Shown: positions 27,919 to 39,034, numbered from the stretch's first letter. The stretch: DNA of 64,000 nt from Chthonomonas calidirosea (GCA_945859975.1 CAMAPH010000001.1:96001-160000), one strand, 5' to 3'. Numbers and translations: made by a program. The notes: generated by a model from the sequence alone, not told the origin.

Positions 27919-30846
27919 ATGCTTTTTGCTTTAACATGCCTGACTGTACTTTCGATATCGAACGACATCGGCACGAACGAAAATTTGCGCGATTTTGATC
28001 AAGCTCCTGGCCTTTTTCAGCAAGTCGAGCGAGCCGAAAGAAAGTTTGAGAAGTCTGGCGACAACTTTCTTGCGCAATCTCCGAGACAACAATATTCCGC
28101 ATCTTTTGCTCGCAGCGGGCAGGTAACGCTCTCGAGTGATTCAGCAAGATTGAATCTAAAAATTACTTCCTTTGGATTCGGGTCGGATGCAAAACCGACC
28201 TTGGCACCTTCACCCCTCATTGGTGCCGACGCTAGAGGCTGGCCGAAGCTGACCTACTCACGTCCGGGCATCTCGGAGTGGTATGTCAACGAAAAGAACG
28301 CGTTGCACCACTGGATGCAGGTTGCGGAACGACCGCGCTCTGCGAGCGGAAATCTTTGGGTGAAGTTGAGCGTGTCTGGCGCAGACGGCATTCGATCGCT
28401 GTCCGATGAAAGCGTAGAAGTTAAATCCAACGGCACAAACCTCACCTATCGAGACCTGAAAGTTTGGGATGCGGCTGCCCGCCCGGTTCCGGCAAGACTT
28501 GAGGTTTCGGGCCAGTCGATTTACTTCAACATCGAAGATTCGAACGCGCGCTATCCCATCACAATCGATCCCATTTGGACCCAGGAAGGCAAACTGACGG
28601 CCAGCGATGCGGTGGCGAGCGACAATGCGGGGCACGTGGTTGCCCTTGATGGCGATACGGCAGTTGTCGGCTCGCTCAATGCCGATCTCGGAGTGAACTT
28701 TGGTAACGCGGGAGCGGTCTATGTGTTCAAACGCACGGGCACTACTTGGGCCCACCAGGCAAAACTCACGGCAAGTGCTTCGGGCAGGAATGCTCGGTTT
28801 GGTACGTCTGTTGATATTGATGGAGACAAAGTTATTGTTGGTGCTCCAGGAGTGGTTGTTGGGATCGCAAGAGATGCCGGACTTGCCTATGTTTTCACTC
28901 GATCTGGGAGCACTTGGAGCCAAAGCGCCATTCTTTCCGCGCCTGATATTGCCCAATCTGACCTCTTTGGCTCATCGGTCGCAATCAGCGGGTCGACCGC
29001 AGTCGTCGGTTCGCCTCAGGAAGATCCAGGGAACATCTCCAATGCAGGTTCTGCGTATGTCTTCACATCAAGCAACGATACGTGGTCCTATCACTCCAAG
29101 CTTGCAGCAAGTGACGCAGCGGCTGCGGATAACTTCGGCGTTTCGGTCGATATCTTAAGTACGCGGATCGTTGTTGGCGCAAGTGGCGCAAGCGCGGCTT
29201 ACACCTTCAACTTTCGGAATCCGAACTGGGAGCAAGAAGCCATTCTTGTCGGCACAGACACGCTGTCGGATGACGGATTCGGTCGATCTGTAGCCCTAAA
29301 CGGCGATCGGTGCGTCGTCGGGGCAAACAATGCAGACCCAAATGCCGCCAGCAATGCTGGCGCAGCTTACGTTTTCAAATACACGACTCCGGCTTGGTCC
29401 CAAGAGGGCAAACTGATCGCCTCTGATTCTGCGGCCGGTGCTCAATTTGGGTGGGACGTAGCTATTTCTGGTTCCACCGTTGCCGTGGGAGCCTACTTCG
29501 CCGATCCAGATGGAGTAGCCGACGCAGGCTCTGCCTACGTCTTCACCGAAGCTAGCGGCACCTGGACCCAGGATGCCATTGTGGTTTCATCGGACAAGGC
29601 CAGCGGTGACCGATTCGGACATTCGGTAGATATTGACGGCACAACCCTCCTGGCAGGCGCGCCATTCGCGAACCTAGGTTCGACATCCGACGCGGGTGCC
29701 GCCTATTCCTTCCTGGCAACAACGCCGATCTCCACAACCGTCACTTTTCCAACCGCCGGGATCACCGGAACGAAAGCCGCCGTTGGCACGGTCACGTTGG
29801 CCAGCCCAGCCGCCACGGACACCGTGGTTAGCCTCTCCAGCAACGTGTCGGCGCTGATAGTTCCTGCAAGCACAACCGTGCTCGCTGGGCGATCGACCGC
29901 AACCTTTGCCGTGAGTTCAACTGCGGTTACAAGTGACACCCTGGCGACGGTATCGGCATCTGGAACGGGCCTGACGAGCAGTCAAGGGTCCTTGATTGTC
30001 AGAACGCCGCGAGTCGGCAAAGTGGCATACGACAAGGGCTCCCTCATCATGGGACAAACGGCAACCGGTACGGTCACTTTACAGGCGGTGGCACCGACGG
30101 GAGGCACTCTCGTGTCGCTGACCTACAGCGGACTTGGAATTACCGGACCGTCGAGCATCACGATCCCGGCTGGAGCATCAACAGGAACGTTCAGCGTTTT
30201 GGCGGACACCGTTCTGAGCGAAACGGTCGTTAAAACCGAAGCATTCCCGAGCTTTAGCGAAAAGTCCGCCACCCTTACCGTCAGCCCACTCGTATTCGGA
30301 ATCAGCAGTTCGAGTAGCGTCTTGCTACAAGGCCAGGCAGGAACAGGAACGATCACCCTCGCAACCCCTGCTCCGGCGGAAGGTTTCTCGTTTAGCTTGA
30401 GTTCGACTCAAAATCGGTTTATCCTTCCGGCATCGGTTACCGTGCCGGAAGGAGAGTTATCCGTTAGCTTCCCGGTTGTGGCTGGCTCGCTGCCCATTCC
30501 ATCCGGAAAGGTGACGGCAACAATGGGCGGACTTTCTCAGGCGATGACCATTTCCATTATCGAATTGGACGTGCAATCGATTGCGCTGAATCCGAGCACG
30601 GTCTCCGCGGGTTCATCGACAACGGCAACCGTAACGCTCACCGCGCCGTCTCCGACCGACACGGTTGTCTTCTTGAGCCTTCAAAAGCCAACGCTTGCGA
30701 GTGTTCCGGCGTCAATCGTGATTCCAGCCGGAAGCACATCGGGAACGTTTACCGTGAACACGTTCGTCGGCAAGACCGGATTCTTTTCGGTGTACGCGCG
30801 GATCGGAACCAAGGGCACGAAAGGCACGAAGATCACGATCAACTGA
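27919..30846 (+). CDS. Secreted FG-GAP repeat (beta-propeller) protein with C-terminal Ig-like repeats
   Basis: YPITIDP linker; about 7 repeats of KLxAS...FGxSVxIxGxxxVVGA...AGxAYVF; repeated GTVTLxxPAP/PxSVTIPAG units. Confidence 0.85.
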   Translation: MLFALTCLTVLSISNDIGTNENLRDFDQAPGLFQQVERAERKFEKSGDNFLAQSPRQQYSASFARSGQVTLSSDSARLNLKITSFGFGSDAKPTLAPSPLIGADARGWPKLTYSRPGISEWYVNEKNALHHWMQVAERPRSASGNLWVKLSVSGADGIRSLSDESVEVKSNGTNLTYRDLKVWDAAARPVPARLEVSGQSIYFNIEDSNARYPITIDPIWTQEGKLTASDAVASDNAGHVVALDGDTAVVGSLNADLGVNFGNAGAVYVFKRTGTTWAHQAKLTASASGRNARFGTSVDIDGDKVIVGAPGVVVGIARDAGLAYVFTRSGSTWSQSAILSAPDIAQSDLFGSSVAISGSTAVVGSPQEDPGNISNAGSAYVFTSSNDTWSYHSKLAASDAAAADNFGVSVDILSTRIVVGASGASAAYTFNFRNPNWEQEAILVGTDTLSDDGFGRSVALNGDRCVVGANNADPNAASNAGAAYVFKYTTPAWSQEGKLIASDSAAGAQFGWDVAISGSTVAVGAYFADPDGVADAGSAYVFTEASGTWTQDAIVVSSDKASGDRFGHSVDIDGTTLLAGAPFANLGSTSDAGAAYSFLATTPISTTVTFPTAGITGTKAAVGTVTLASPAATDTVVSLSSNVSALIVPASTTVLAGRSTATFAVSSTAVTSDTLATVSASGTGLTSSQGSLIVRTPRVGKVAYDKGSLIMGQTATGTVTLQAVAPTGGTLVSLTYSGLGITGPSSITIPAGASTGTFSVLADTVLSETVVKTEAFPSFSEKSATLTVSPLVFGISSSSSVLLQGQAGTGTITLATPAPAEGFSFSLSSTQNRFILPASVTVPEGELSVSFPVVAGSLPIPSGKVTATMGGLSQAMTISIIELDVQSIALNPSTVSAGSSTTATVTLTAPSPTDTVVFLSLQKPTLASVPASIVIPAGSTSGTFTVNTFVGKTGFFSVYARIGTKGTKGTKITIN

Positions 30847-30852
30847 GGCTTT

Positions 30853-31968
30853 CTAGTCTTCTTCTAGGACGTACTTCCCTCGTCGGCTTCCGCCGACGAG
30901 GACGGTTTCGCCGTCGTTCTTTTCTAGCGGCAGGAACTTCACTTCGGGCATTCGTTTCAGGTGTTGGGCGAGTTCGGTGGAGTGGGTGGTTACCCAGATT
31001 TGGCTCGACATTGAGGCGTACTCAAGCATTCTCGCCAGCGGCGCGATGGCGGCAGAGTTGAGGCTGGCTTCGGGCTCGTTGAAGAACATGAGTTGCGGCG
31101 GGTGCGGGTGGTAGCAGGCGGCAGCGAGGCAGAGGAATTTCAGGGTTCCGTCCGAGAGTTCGTGCGGCTCGGTTGCGCGCATTAGGCCCTGATGCAGCAT
31201 CTTGAATCGGATCCGATCCACGCTCAGGTCAGATTCTGGCAAGGCTTCCTTCACGCAGTCGACGAGGGCATCGTAGTTCCCAATCTCGTTGATGAGATAG
31301 AGGGAGGCACCCAAGTTGCTTCCATCCGAGGCAAACCGACGCGGGTACGTATCTGCGCTCAGCGCGCGAGCCGGAGAGCTCTCATCGGTTCGAAACTCGT
31401 GATAAAGGACCCACCGCTCCGCCGCTTGTCGAATGGCTTGGAGGTACGGATAGTCCTCAGCGTTTTCTATCTGCGCAAAGATCGATAGGGTTTCGATGAT
31501 CTCTGGATGCTTGACTTGCTCGCCCGTCAATTTTCGGAGCATGGCGGAACGGCTACCTCGGTCGACCATGACGCGGCCACCGAGCTTAATCACTTCCTTT
31601 TTGACCATTGGGTCCATGGGAAACATTGGCGGCACCATTCCCCAGGGCGGCTTGTTCGCAGCGGTAGTTTGAGTTTGAAACCCAAACTCGACTTCGTACT
31701 CAAAATCGTCGCTCACCACGTGCAAGCCGATCCGCTGGTTTGGCGCAACTTTCCGCGGCCCCGCCCAGAAGACGGAACCGAGTCCACCCTCGGCAACCAG
31801 CCGCTCGTTGAGCCGACCCAAAATCGTCTCCTTCACAAGCCGAAAGGCGTTGAACAGGTTGCTCTTGCCGCAGCCGTTTGCGCCGGTTACGACGTTGATG
31901 TGCTTCAGCCGCACTTCCAAGTCGTAGATCGACCGGTACTTTGAAACGCTGAAAGATCGAATCTGCAA
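30853..31968 (-). CDS. ABC/SMC-like ATPase (AAA_21, RecF-like)
   Basis: Walker A GANGCGKS, signature LSDGT, Walker B variant FFNEPE, VTTHS. Confidence 0.88.
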   Translation of the reverse strand: MQIRSFSVSKYRSIYDLEVRLKHINVVTGANGCGKSNLFNAFRLVKETILGRLNERLVAEGGLGSVFWAGPRKVAPNQRIGLHVVSDDFEYEVEFGFQTQTTAANKPPWGMVPPMFPMDPMVKKEVIKLGGRVMVDRGSRSAMLRKLTGEQVKHPEIIETLSIFAQIENAEDYPYLQAIRQAAERWVLYHEFRTDESSPARALSADTYPRRFASDGSNLGASLYLINEIGNYDALVDCVKEALPESDLSVDRIRFKMLHQGLMRATEPHELSDGTLKFLCLAAACYHPHPPQLMFFNEPEASLNSAAIAPLARMLEYASMSSQIWVTTHSTELAQHLKRMPEVKFLPLEKNDGETVLVGGSRRGKYVLEED

Positions 31969-31971
31969 GGC

Positions 31972-34137
31972 TTAACTCTCCGTTTCTAGAAACGCGCGGA
32001 CGACGCGGATTTTATCGTACGGCACGGTTTCGCTCAGATACTCAAAGACCGGTTTCAACTGGGTTCCGCCGACTGCGGCAAGTGCGGCTTTGACCCGGGC
32101 AATCGTTTCTGCATCAAGCCAGGGCTCAATAGACTTTGGCTTCGTCGTTGCGACCCAGGTGGCGAGATGTCCCCATACCGTGGTCGGCTTGACGCTGGCG
32201 ATGCGGCAAATGTCCTCGATACTAGCGTGGGCTTCGAAGTGGTCGGCATAGCTGCCATTCTTCGGCAATGCTTTGGTGCTCTGGATGACTGGCGTCGCGC
32301 CGGTATCGAGCCCGGCACCGGTTTCTTCCACGAACTCGCGGATCATGCGCAGCAGGCTGGAACCGTACTCTGCGGCCTGCTTATCGCCAACCCCCGAAAT
32401 CGCACGCAGATTCTCCGCCGTCGAAGGTCGAACGCTGGCGACTCGCATGAGCGTGGCATCGTGGAAGATGACGTAGGCCGGGACGCCTTTCTCCGCCGAA
32501 GTTGCCCGTCGCCAGGTTCGAAACTTCACGTACAGTTCCTCAGAAACGGCGTCGAGCTCAGTGCCGGTTGCCTTCACCGAACGAACCAGAGCAACGTTCT
32601 CAATCAGGCTGACCTCTGCTCCGGACTCTAAGACTTCCCGGCCAGCATCGGAAACCGAGAGCACCGGGTAGTCCCCAGTGGACACTTGAAGCAACCCAAG
32701 ATCCACCATTTGGTGAATCCAAGAGGACACGCGTTCCTTTTCTTCGGAGGCGAATGCCCCGAACCCCGGTGCGCGGTCAGCGCCACGTTCTAGAATCATC
32801 TTCACTCGCGAGCCAAGAAGGACACCGGCCAAAACGCCGACCCCGAAGCTCTTTTCCCCTTCGGAAAGGGCAATCGCCGTCTCCAAGATTCGTGTCGCCA
32901 CCGCCTGAGAGTTGCCCAGTCGTTTCATCCCACCGGTGCACACGTCACACGCGCCGCACCCGCCTTCTGAAACCGGATATTCCTGCCCAAAGTGCTCGCT
33001 CAGCGCCTTGTGCCGACACTCGTGCGAGGTCGCAAACCGCCGCACTTCTTCGAGAAGCGTGAGGTGGTGCGGATCGCCACCGGCAAGCAGGCGCTTCAGC
33101 CGAAGCACGTCGCCGTGGCTGTAGAGCAACACACATTCGCTCGGCTGCCCGTCTCGGCCTGCGCGGCCAGTTTCTTGCTGATAGCCCTCCATGCTCTTTG
33201 GGATGCATTCGTGGATGACGCAACGCACGTTTCCACGGTCGATGCCCATGCCGAAGGCGACGGTCGCGACGATGACGTTGACCTTTTCCTGGGCGAAGTT
33301 TTCGCTCACTTTTCGCCGAACATCGTTTGGCAAACCAGCATGGTAGGCCACCGCGCTGATTCCGCGAGCGACTAGAGCATTCGCGATGCTCTCCGTATCC
33401 TTCCGCGCGAGGCAATAGACGATCACCCCTTCATCGGGATAGCGGCCGACCGCTTCCGCAATGCGGCCGACCGTGTCGTCTTTCGATACGATCCGGTAGG
33501 TCAGGTTGGGACGGTCAAAGATTCCGACGAATTTCAAGGGCCGCTCAAGGCCAAGCTGAATTGCGATGTCGCGTTGCACTTTCGGCGTGGCGGTGGCGGT
33601 GAACGCCTGTACCGGCACCCCCGGGAACGCTTCTTTGATGCGATGCAAAAGTCGAAACTCGGGCCGGAAATCGTGGCCCCAAGCGCTAATACAGTGGGCT
33701 TCGTCTATGGCAAATCGAGCGACCCCTCGGCCCTGCTTTAGCAAGTTCAAAGTTGCCGGAAGCAGGAGTCTCTCCGGGCTGACATAGAGCAGGCGGAGAT
33801 CACCGGCGCGTAGCTTCGCAACAATGCTCGCCTCTTCCTCTGGGCTCAATGACGAGTTCAGCGCGGCCGCCGGAACGCCGACAACCGAAAGCGAATCGAC
33901 TTGGTCCTTCATCAATGCGATGAGGGGAGAGATCACGACGGTGAGGGTGTTGGTCACAATCGCGGGCAGTTGGAAGCAAAGGCTCTTTCCGCCGCCAGTC
34001 GGCATGACGACCACGGCGTCGCGATTTTTGAGCGAAGCGCTGACGACTTCACTCTGCAATGGGCGTAACTCGTTAAAACCCCATACGCGGTTCAGCGCCG
34101 CCGAAACGCCTTCTTGCTCCATCACCGGTGCTGCCAT
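31972..34137 (-). CDS. recQ: ATP-dependent DNA helicase RecQ
   Basis: MPTGGGKS, DEAHCISAWGHDFRP, ATVAFGMGID, QETGRAGRDG, Zn Cys cluster, HRDC (PAYVIFHDATL). Confidence 0.96.
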   Translation of the reverse strand: MAAPVMEQEGVSAALNRVWGFNELRPLQSEVVSASLKNRDAVVVMPTGGGKSLCFQLPAIVTNTLTVVISPLIALMKDQVDSLSVVGVPAAALNSSLSPEEEASIVAKLRAGDLRLLYVSPERLLLPATLNLLKQGRGVARFAIDEAHCISAWGHDFRPEFRLLHRIKEAFPGVPVQAFTATATPKVQRDIAIQLGLERPLKFVGIFDRPNLTYRIVSKDDTVGRIAEAVGRYPDEGVIVYCLARKDTESIANALVARGISAVAYHAGLPNDVRRKVSENFAQEKVNVIVATVAFGMGIDRGNVRCVIHECIPKSMEGYQQETGRAGRDGQPSECVLLYSHGDVLRLKRLLAGGDPHHLTLLEEVRRFATSHECRHKALSEHFGQEYPVSEGGCGACDVCTGGMKRLGNSQAVATRILETAIALSEGEKSFGVGVLAGVLLGSRVKMILERGADRAPGFGAFASEEKERVSSWIHQMVDLGLLQVSTGDYPVLSVSDAGREVLESGAEVSLIENVALVRSVKATGTELDAVSEELYVKFRTWRRATSAEKGVPAYVIFHDATLMRVASVRPSTAENLRAISGVGDKQAAEYGSSLLRMIREFVEETGAGLDTGATPVIQSTKALPKNGSYADHFEAHASIEDICRIASVKPTTVWGHLATWVATTKPKSIEPWLDAETIARVKAALAAVGGTQLKPVFEYLSETVPYDKIRVVRAFLETES

Positions 34138-34252
34138 GTCTATCTTTCTCGCGCCTTTAGTATAGACAAGCGACTACCCATTTGCCAACACTCGTAGTGA
34201 AATTGTAAGGTCCGACTCCGTTGCGCAGGATGAGCGTCAGGAACAGAATAAG

Positions 34253-35548
34253 ATGAACCCTATGCCCCACAAAGCCGCCGCCGTTGCCGTCATATGCCTC
34301 GTGATTTCCGGGAGTGCATTTGCCCAAGCCGGCCCGTTCACGAAGTTGGCCCCGGCAGATGCTCCAGCAAAGAAGAGCCCCAACTCATTCAAGACTGGCA
34401 AGTACCGCAGCCTCTTCCGCGAGATCGGCAAGACGGACATGGACATTGCGGCGAAGCTGAACGAGGCGTGGAACAAGTTGTTCCTAGGCAACCCGTCGAG
34501 CGAACGCGTTTACTTCGAAGTCGGCCCGGACATGGCCTACATCAAGGACATTGGAAACAATGATGTGCGGAGCGAAGGCATGTCCTACGGCATGATGCTG
34601 GCCGTGCAATACGGCAGGAAAGCCGAGTTCGATCGGCTTTGGAAGTGGTCAAAGACGCACATGCAACACGCGAGTGGGCCATGGAAGGGCTACTTTGCGT
34701 GGCAGTGCAACGATGCCGGAAAGAAACTCGCAAACGCGCCGGCTTCCGATGGTGAGGAGTACTTTGCGACGGCCCTATTCTTCGCGGCCGGCCGCTGGGG
34801 ATCGGGCTCCGGAATCTACAACTATCGTTCCGAGGCCGATGCGATTTTGCATCACATGCTGCGCAAGGAAGAGGACAACGGCGGAAAGACGGACACCGTG
34901 ACGAACATGTTCAATCAAAAGGAGAAGCAGGTGGTGTTTGTCCCGAACGGCACCGCCGCCACCTTCACCGACCCTTCCTACCACCTTCCCGCCTTCTATG
35001 AACTTTGGTCGCGCTGGGCCAAGAAGGATCGGGCATTTTGGAAAGAAGCGGCCATCACCAGCCGAAAGTACTTCCGAAAAGCAGCGCACCCGGTGACGGG
35101 GCTAACCCCAGACTATTCGAGCTTCGACGGAAAGCCTATGAAGGCTCCGTGGGATCCGAACAATCGATCTGACAACTTCTTGTTTGATGCCGTTCGGGTT
35201 GGTGGAAACATTGCCATGGACCACGCTTGGTTTGCCGCCGACCCCTGGCAGGTTCAGCAGTCGAACCGCATGCTGGAATTCTTCGACTCCCAAAAACCGA
35301 CCTATGTAGGCAGCTATAGCCTCGATGGCAAGCCATTGGTGGAATACACCCCCACCGGGCTCCGGGCGATGAATGCGGCGAGCGCAATGGCCAGCACTTC
35401 TCCGGTCTCGAAGCGATTTGTGAAAGACCTTTGGGATGCCCAGGTGCCGAACGGACAGTGGCGGTATTACGACGGCATGCTTTACATGTTCGGGCTCTTG
35501 CATGCCAGCGGCCAGTACCGAATTTGGGCTCCGAAAGCGGGCCGCTAG
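34253..35548 (+). CDS. Glycoside hydrolase family 8 (Rex-like oligoxylanase/xylanase)
   Basis: [39 protein letters not shown]; signal peptide. Confidence 0.92.
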   Translation: MNPMPHKAAAVAVICLVISGSAFAQAGPFTKLAPADAPAKKSPNSFKTGKYRSLFREIGKTDMDIAAKLNEAWNKLFLGNPSSERVYFEVGPDMAYIKDIGNNDVRSEGMSYGMMLAVQYGRKAEFDRLWKWSKTHMQHASGPWKGYFAWQCNDAGKKLANAPASDGEEYFATALFFAAGRWGSGSGIYNYRSEADAILHHMLRKEEDNGGKTDTVTNMFNQKEKQVVFVPNGTAATFTDPSYHLPAFYELWSRWAKKDRAFWKEAAITSRKYFRKAAHPVTGLTPDYSSFDGKPMKAPWDPNNRSDNFLFDAVRVGGNIAMDHAWFAADPWQVQQSNRMLEFFDSQKPTYVGSYSLDGKPLVEYTPTGLRAMNAASAMASTSPVSKRFVKDLWDAQVPNGQWRYYDGMLYMFGLLHASGQYRIWAPKAGR

Positions 35549-35551
35549 CCG

Positions 35552-35580
35552 TTTACAAAGCTTCCCAAATGGTCTAGGAT
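35552..35580 (+). promoter_or_regulatory. Sigma70-type promoter TTTACA-N17-TAGGAT
   Basis: -35 at 35552-35557, 17-nt spacer, -10 at 35575-35580, 15 nt before the CE7 ATG. Confidence 0.55.
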
Positions 35581-35595
35581 GAACACATTCTCAAT

Positions 35596-36906
35596 ATGAA
35601 ATTTAACCGTTCGAATGTTTCCGTTTTCGCGCTCTCCGCCGTCGTGCTGGCGGTCGGCTGCGTGTCTGTCGCTCGGGACCGTGGGCAAGATGCTCCGGTT
35701 CTCTCGGCGACGCCAAGCGTACCGAGCGCCACCTATAAAGTTGGAGAAAAAGCGACTTGGACCATCAAATCGCCGACCCTGAGCTCGGTCAAGTACACGG
35801 CGAAACGGGACAACGCGGGCGTGGTGGCATCTGGCACTTTGCAGTTTCAGAACGGAGAGGCCAAGCTGGAAGTTCTCGGCGATCAGCCCTCTTTCCTTTA
35901 TGTCGAACTAGCGGCAGAAGGGGCTAAGCCACTGGCTCTAGCCGCGGCAATTTCGCCAGCAAAGATCGAGGCCTTTGCTCGTCCCGCAGACTTTCGAAAG
36001 TTTTGGGATCGACGCATTGCCGACGCCAGAAAAGTCTCCTTGAATCCCGTCATCACGCCGAAACCAACCAATCGAGAAAGCATTGAGTACGGCACGTACC
36101 AGCTCGATTTCATCAAGGGTGAGCATATCTACGGACAGATGGCTAAGCCAAAGGCGAAGGGTAAGTACCCCGCCATCATTCAGTTTCAGTGGGCAGGGGG
36201 GCCGTACCCGCTGGATCCAAACTGGATCACTTGGCGCGCGGAACAGGGATATCTGATCTTCAATTCACAGGCGCACAATGTTCTGCCGACCGAACCCAAA
36301 TCGTACTATGACGCCCTGCCGGCGGCAATCAAGGGTTACAGCGGAATCGGTACCGACGATCTGGAAAACAATTACTTCGTTGAGATGTATCTACGCGCGG
36401 TTCGGAGCGTTGACTTTGTTACCCAGCATCCAGAGTGGGACGGCAAGACGCTTATCGTGATCGGCACGAGCATGGGCGGACAGCAGACGCTCGCCGTTTC
36501 TGGCTTGCACCCGGCGATCACCCACAGCATCGCCAACGTTCCGGCAGGTAGCGATTTAAGTGCGATTAACTATAACCGGAGTGCTTCTTATCCGTTTCTT
36601 CCGGTGACAAATCCAAGGTCGGCGGCGGTTGCACCGTATGTGGATATCAACAACTTCGCTCAGGACATCAAGTCGAAAGTGCTCATCGGCTTTGGCTGGG
36701 TGGACACCGTTTGTGCTCCTACCGGAATCCAGGCAACCTTCAACGCGATTCCTGGCATGCCTGCTACGGGCAAGAAGGAACTGGTGCCGATGATCGACTC
36801 GCCGCACAATCACCAGGCAACAGCGGCCCAACAGAAGCCGTTCGTGGATCGCGAGGCTGCCTGGCTGGACGCCATTCGCAAGGGAGAGCCGATTCCGGCA
36901 CGATAA
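35596..36906 (+). CDS. Acetyl xylan esterase (CE7-like), probable lipoprotein
   Basis: RPADFRKFWD, KYPAIIQF, nucleophile GTSMGG, DTVCAP; LAVGC lipobox-like. Confidence 0.82.
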   Translation: MKFNRSNVSVFALSAVVLAVGCVSVARDRGQDAPVLSATPSVPSATYKVGEKATWTIKSPTLSSVKYTAKRDNAGVVASGTLQFQNGEAKLEVLGDQPSFLYVELAAEGAKPLALAAAISPAKIEAFARPADFRKFWDRRIADARKVSLNPVITPKPTNRESIEYGTYQLDFIKGEHIYGQMAKPKAKGKYPAIIQFQWAGGPYPLDPNWITWRAEQGYLIFNSQAHNVLPTEPKSYYDALPAAIKGYSGIGTDDLENNYFVEMYLRAVRSVDFVTQHPEWDGKTLIVIGTSMGGQQTLAVSGLHPAITHSIANVPAGSDLSAINYNRSASYPFLPVTNPRSAAVAPYVDINNFAQDIKSKVLIGFGWVDTVCAPTGIQATFNAIPGMPATGKKELVPMIDSPHNHQATAAQQKPFVDREAAWLDAIRKGEPIPAR

Positions 36907-36910
36907 TCCA

Positions 36911-38995
36911 ATGCTACTACCCACAGTTTCAAACTTCGAACCGCTTCCGGCCATTGATTGGTTGCTGGGAGCAAGCTATCCGGCAAAAATCGTTCGCACT
37001 GATACTGAAGTCGTCCTGACGAACGGTTTGGTGGAACGTCGCCTCCGGATTGCGCCTTTCGTTTCCTCCACCAGCTTTCGGCGCATCGACACCTCCCAAG
37101 AGTTCTTGAGATCGGTTGAGCCCGAAGGCAAGCTTATCGTCGATGGGAAGGAAATTCTGATTGGTGGCTCAACATCACCACCCAATCGGGCCTATCTACT
37201 TGAGGAGTGGATCGCTCAGTTGAAGCCGGCGAGCAATGCGATGGCGCTTTCGAGTATCGAAGTTTGTCCGGTGGACAAGCCAATTCCCTACCAGTCGATG
37301 TCTGGCCAAAGCTGGCCGCCGAAGGGCAAAGGGGTTCTGCTCACGTTTAAGTCGACCAGCTTGGAGGCAAAGGTTCGCCTCGAAATTTACGATAACTTGC
37401 CGGTGATCGGGAAGCAAATCAGCCTCAAGAACATCGGCGAAACGTCCGTTCGGGTCGACAAGTTCTCCTCCGAGCGGCTTAGCGTGGTTGAGGGCGAAAG
37501 CTCGGTAGACATGATCAATCGCTGGCGACTGCCGAACGTTACGGTTGCGACCAGCATGGCCTTTGGCGGGATGACGGTTGAAGGAGCCAACAAGGCCGTC
37601 CACTGGGAAGTGGATCCGGGCTTCGAAACGCAGGTCAACTACGAGCGATTAACGCCTTGCGTGCTCGACGTGCATCCTCCGATAGGTCCCGGCGTCGATC
37701 TTGCGCCCGGAAAAACGCTGAACTCACTCCGGTCTTATGTGATGCTGCACGACACGGAAGAGCGCGACCGGCGCAGCCGAAGCGTTCGCACAATGTTCCG
37801 AAAGCTCGCGCCTTGGGTCGAGGACAATCCACTCATCTTGCATATCCGAACGGTGGAAGATAAGGCCGTTCGTGAGGCGATAGATCAAGCCGCCGAATGT
37901 GGATTTGAGCTGGTCATCCTGAGCTTCGGAAGCGGCCTCGACATGGAAGATGTCTCACCGGCAAGCATCGCCAAGTACCGCGCTTTGAACGATTACGCCG
38001 AGTCCAAGGGACTTCGGCTCGGCGGGTACTCCTTGTTAGCCAGTCGGCGAATCGATGACGAGAATGACGTGATCAACCCCAAAACTGGCAAAACGGGCGG
38101 GGCAATCTTCGGAAACTCGCCGTGTCTTTGCAGCAAATGGGGCGTTGGCTACTTTGAGCGGGTTCAGAAGTTTCTTGAGGGGACCGGGTTCAGGGTGCTG
38201 GAGCACGATGGCTCTTATCCCGGCGACCCGTGCGCCTCGACGGAACACCCCGGCCACCGTGATCTTGCCGATTCACAGTGGCAGCAGTACGCGAAAATCG
38301 AAGAGTTCTACGCTTGGTGCCGCGAGCGGGACATCTACTTGAACGTGCCCGACTACTACTTCCTCGCGGGTTCCAACAAAACCGGCATGGGCTACCGGGA
38401 GACCAACTGGTCCCTTCCCCGCAATCAGCAGCACCTTCATTCCCGGCAGAACCTGTTCGACGGCACGTTTGACAAAGCGCCGTCGATGGGTTGGATGTTC
38501 GTGCCTTTGGTCGAGTACCAAGGCGGCGGAGCGGCCGCAACCATCGAGCCGCTGAAGGAGCATCTTAGCGATTACGAGCTGCACTTTGCAAACACACTCG
38601 GCTACGGCGCGCAGGCATGCTGGCGAGGTCTTCGGTTGTATGACGCACCCGAAACCAAGGCGATGGTGCAGCGAATGGTCGATTGGTTCAAGCGGTACCG
38701 ACAGATTCTCGAGTCCGATGTCGTTCACCTTCGCCGTCCCGATGGGCGGCAGCTGGACTACGTTCTCCACGCGAATCCGAATCTGAAGGAGAAAGCGATG
38801 CTCGTTGTTTACAACCCAACGTCCGCCGCCCGAACCGAAACCATAACGGTTCCTTTGTACTACGCGGGTAGTCCAAGCTCAGTCCGAGTTCGCGAGAAGG
38901 AAGCAAAGCCGAAAACCTTGAACACCAAGAACGGCTCAGCGACCTTCTCGACCACGGTCCCAGCCCAAGGCTGGACGTACTTTGTGCTCGAATGA
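36911..38995 (+). CDS. Alpha-galactosidase-like (GH36/clan D-like) glycoside hydrolase
   Basis: IDQAAECGFELVILSFGSG, EHDGSYPGD, MGYRETNWSLPR; resemblance recalled, not computed. Confidence 0.65.
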   Translation: MLLPTVSNFEPLPAIDWLLGASYPAKIVRTDTEVVLTNGLVERRLRIAPFVSSTSFRRIDTSQEFLRSVEPEGKLIVDGKEILIGGSTSPPNRAYLLEEWIAQLKPASNAMALSSIEVCPVDKPIPYQSMSGQSWPPKGKGVLLTFKSTSLEAKVRLEIYDNLPVIGKQISLKNIGETSVRVDKFSSERLSVVEGESSVDMINRWRLPNVTVATSMAFGGMTVEGANKAVHWEVDPGFETQVNYERLTPCVLDVHPPIGPGVDLAPGKTLNSLRSYVMLHDTEERDRRSRSVRTMFRKLAPWVEDNPLILHIRTVEDKAVREAIDQAAECGFELVILSFGSGLDMEDVSPASIAKYRALNDYAESKGLRLGGYSLLASRRIDDENDVINPKTGKTGGAIFGNSPCLCSKWGVGYFERVQKFLEGTGFRVLEHDGSYPGDPCASTEHPGHRDLADSQWQQYAKIEEFYAWCRERDIYLNVPDYYFLAGSNKTGMGYRETNWSLPRNQQHLHSRQNLFDGTFDKAPSMGWMFVPLVEYQGGGAAATIEPLKEHLSDYELHFANTLGYGAQACWRGLRLYDAPETKAMVQRMVDWFKRYRQILESDVVHLRRPDGRQLDYVLHANPNLKEKAMLVVYNPTSAARTETITVPLYYAGSPSSVRVREKEAKPKTLNTKNGSATFSTTVPAQGWTYFVLE

Positions 38996-39009
38996 AGCAT
39001 GGATTGTTG

Positions 39010-39034
39010 AGCCAGGCTAGTCCCTAGCCTGGCT
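39010..39034. terminator. Perfect hairpin between convergent genes
   Basis: AGCCAGGCTAG-TCC-CTAGCCTGGCT. Confidence 0.65.

Noticed and set aside
28570..29710. Periodic repeats in the FG-GAP gene as a possible CRISPR or tandem DNA repeat
   Set aside because: Repeats are degenerate at DNA level and conserved only as protein motifs
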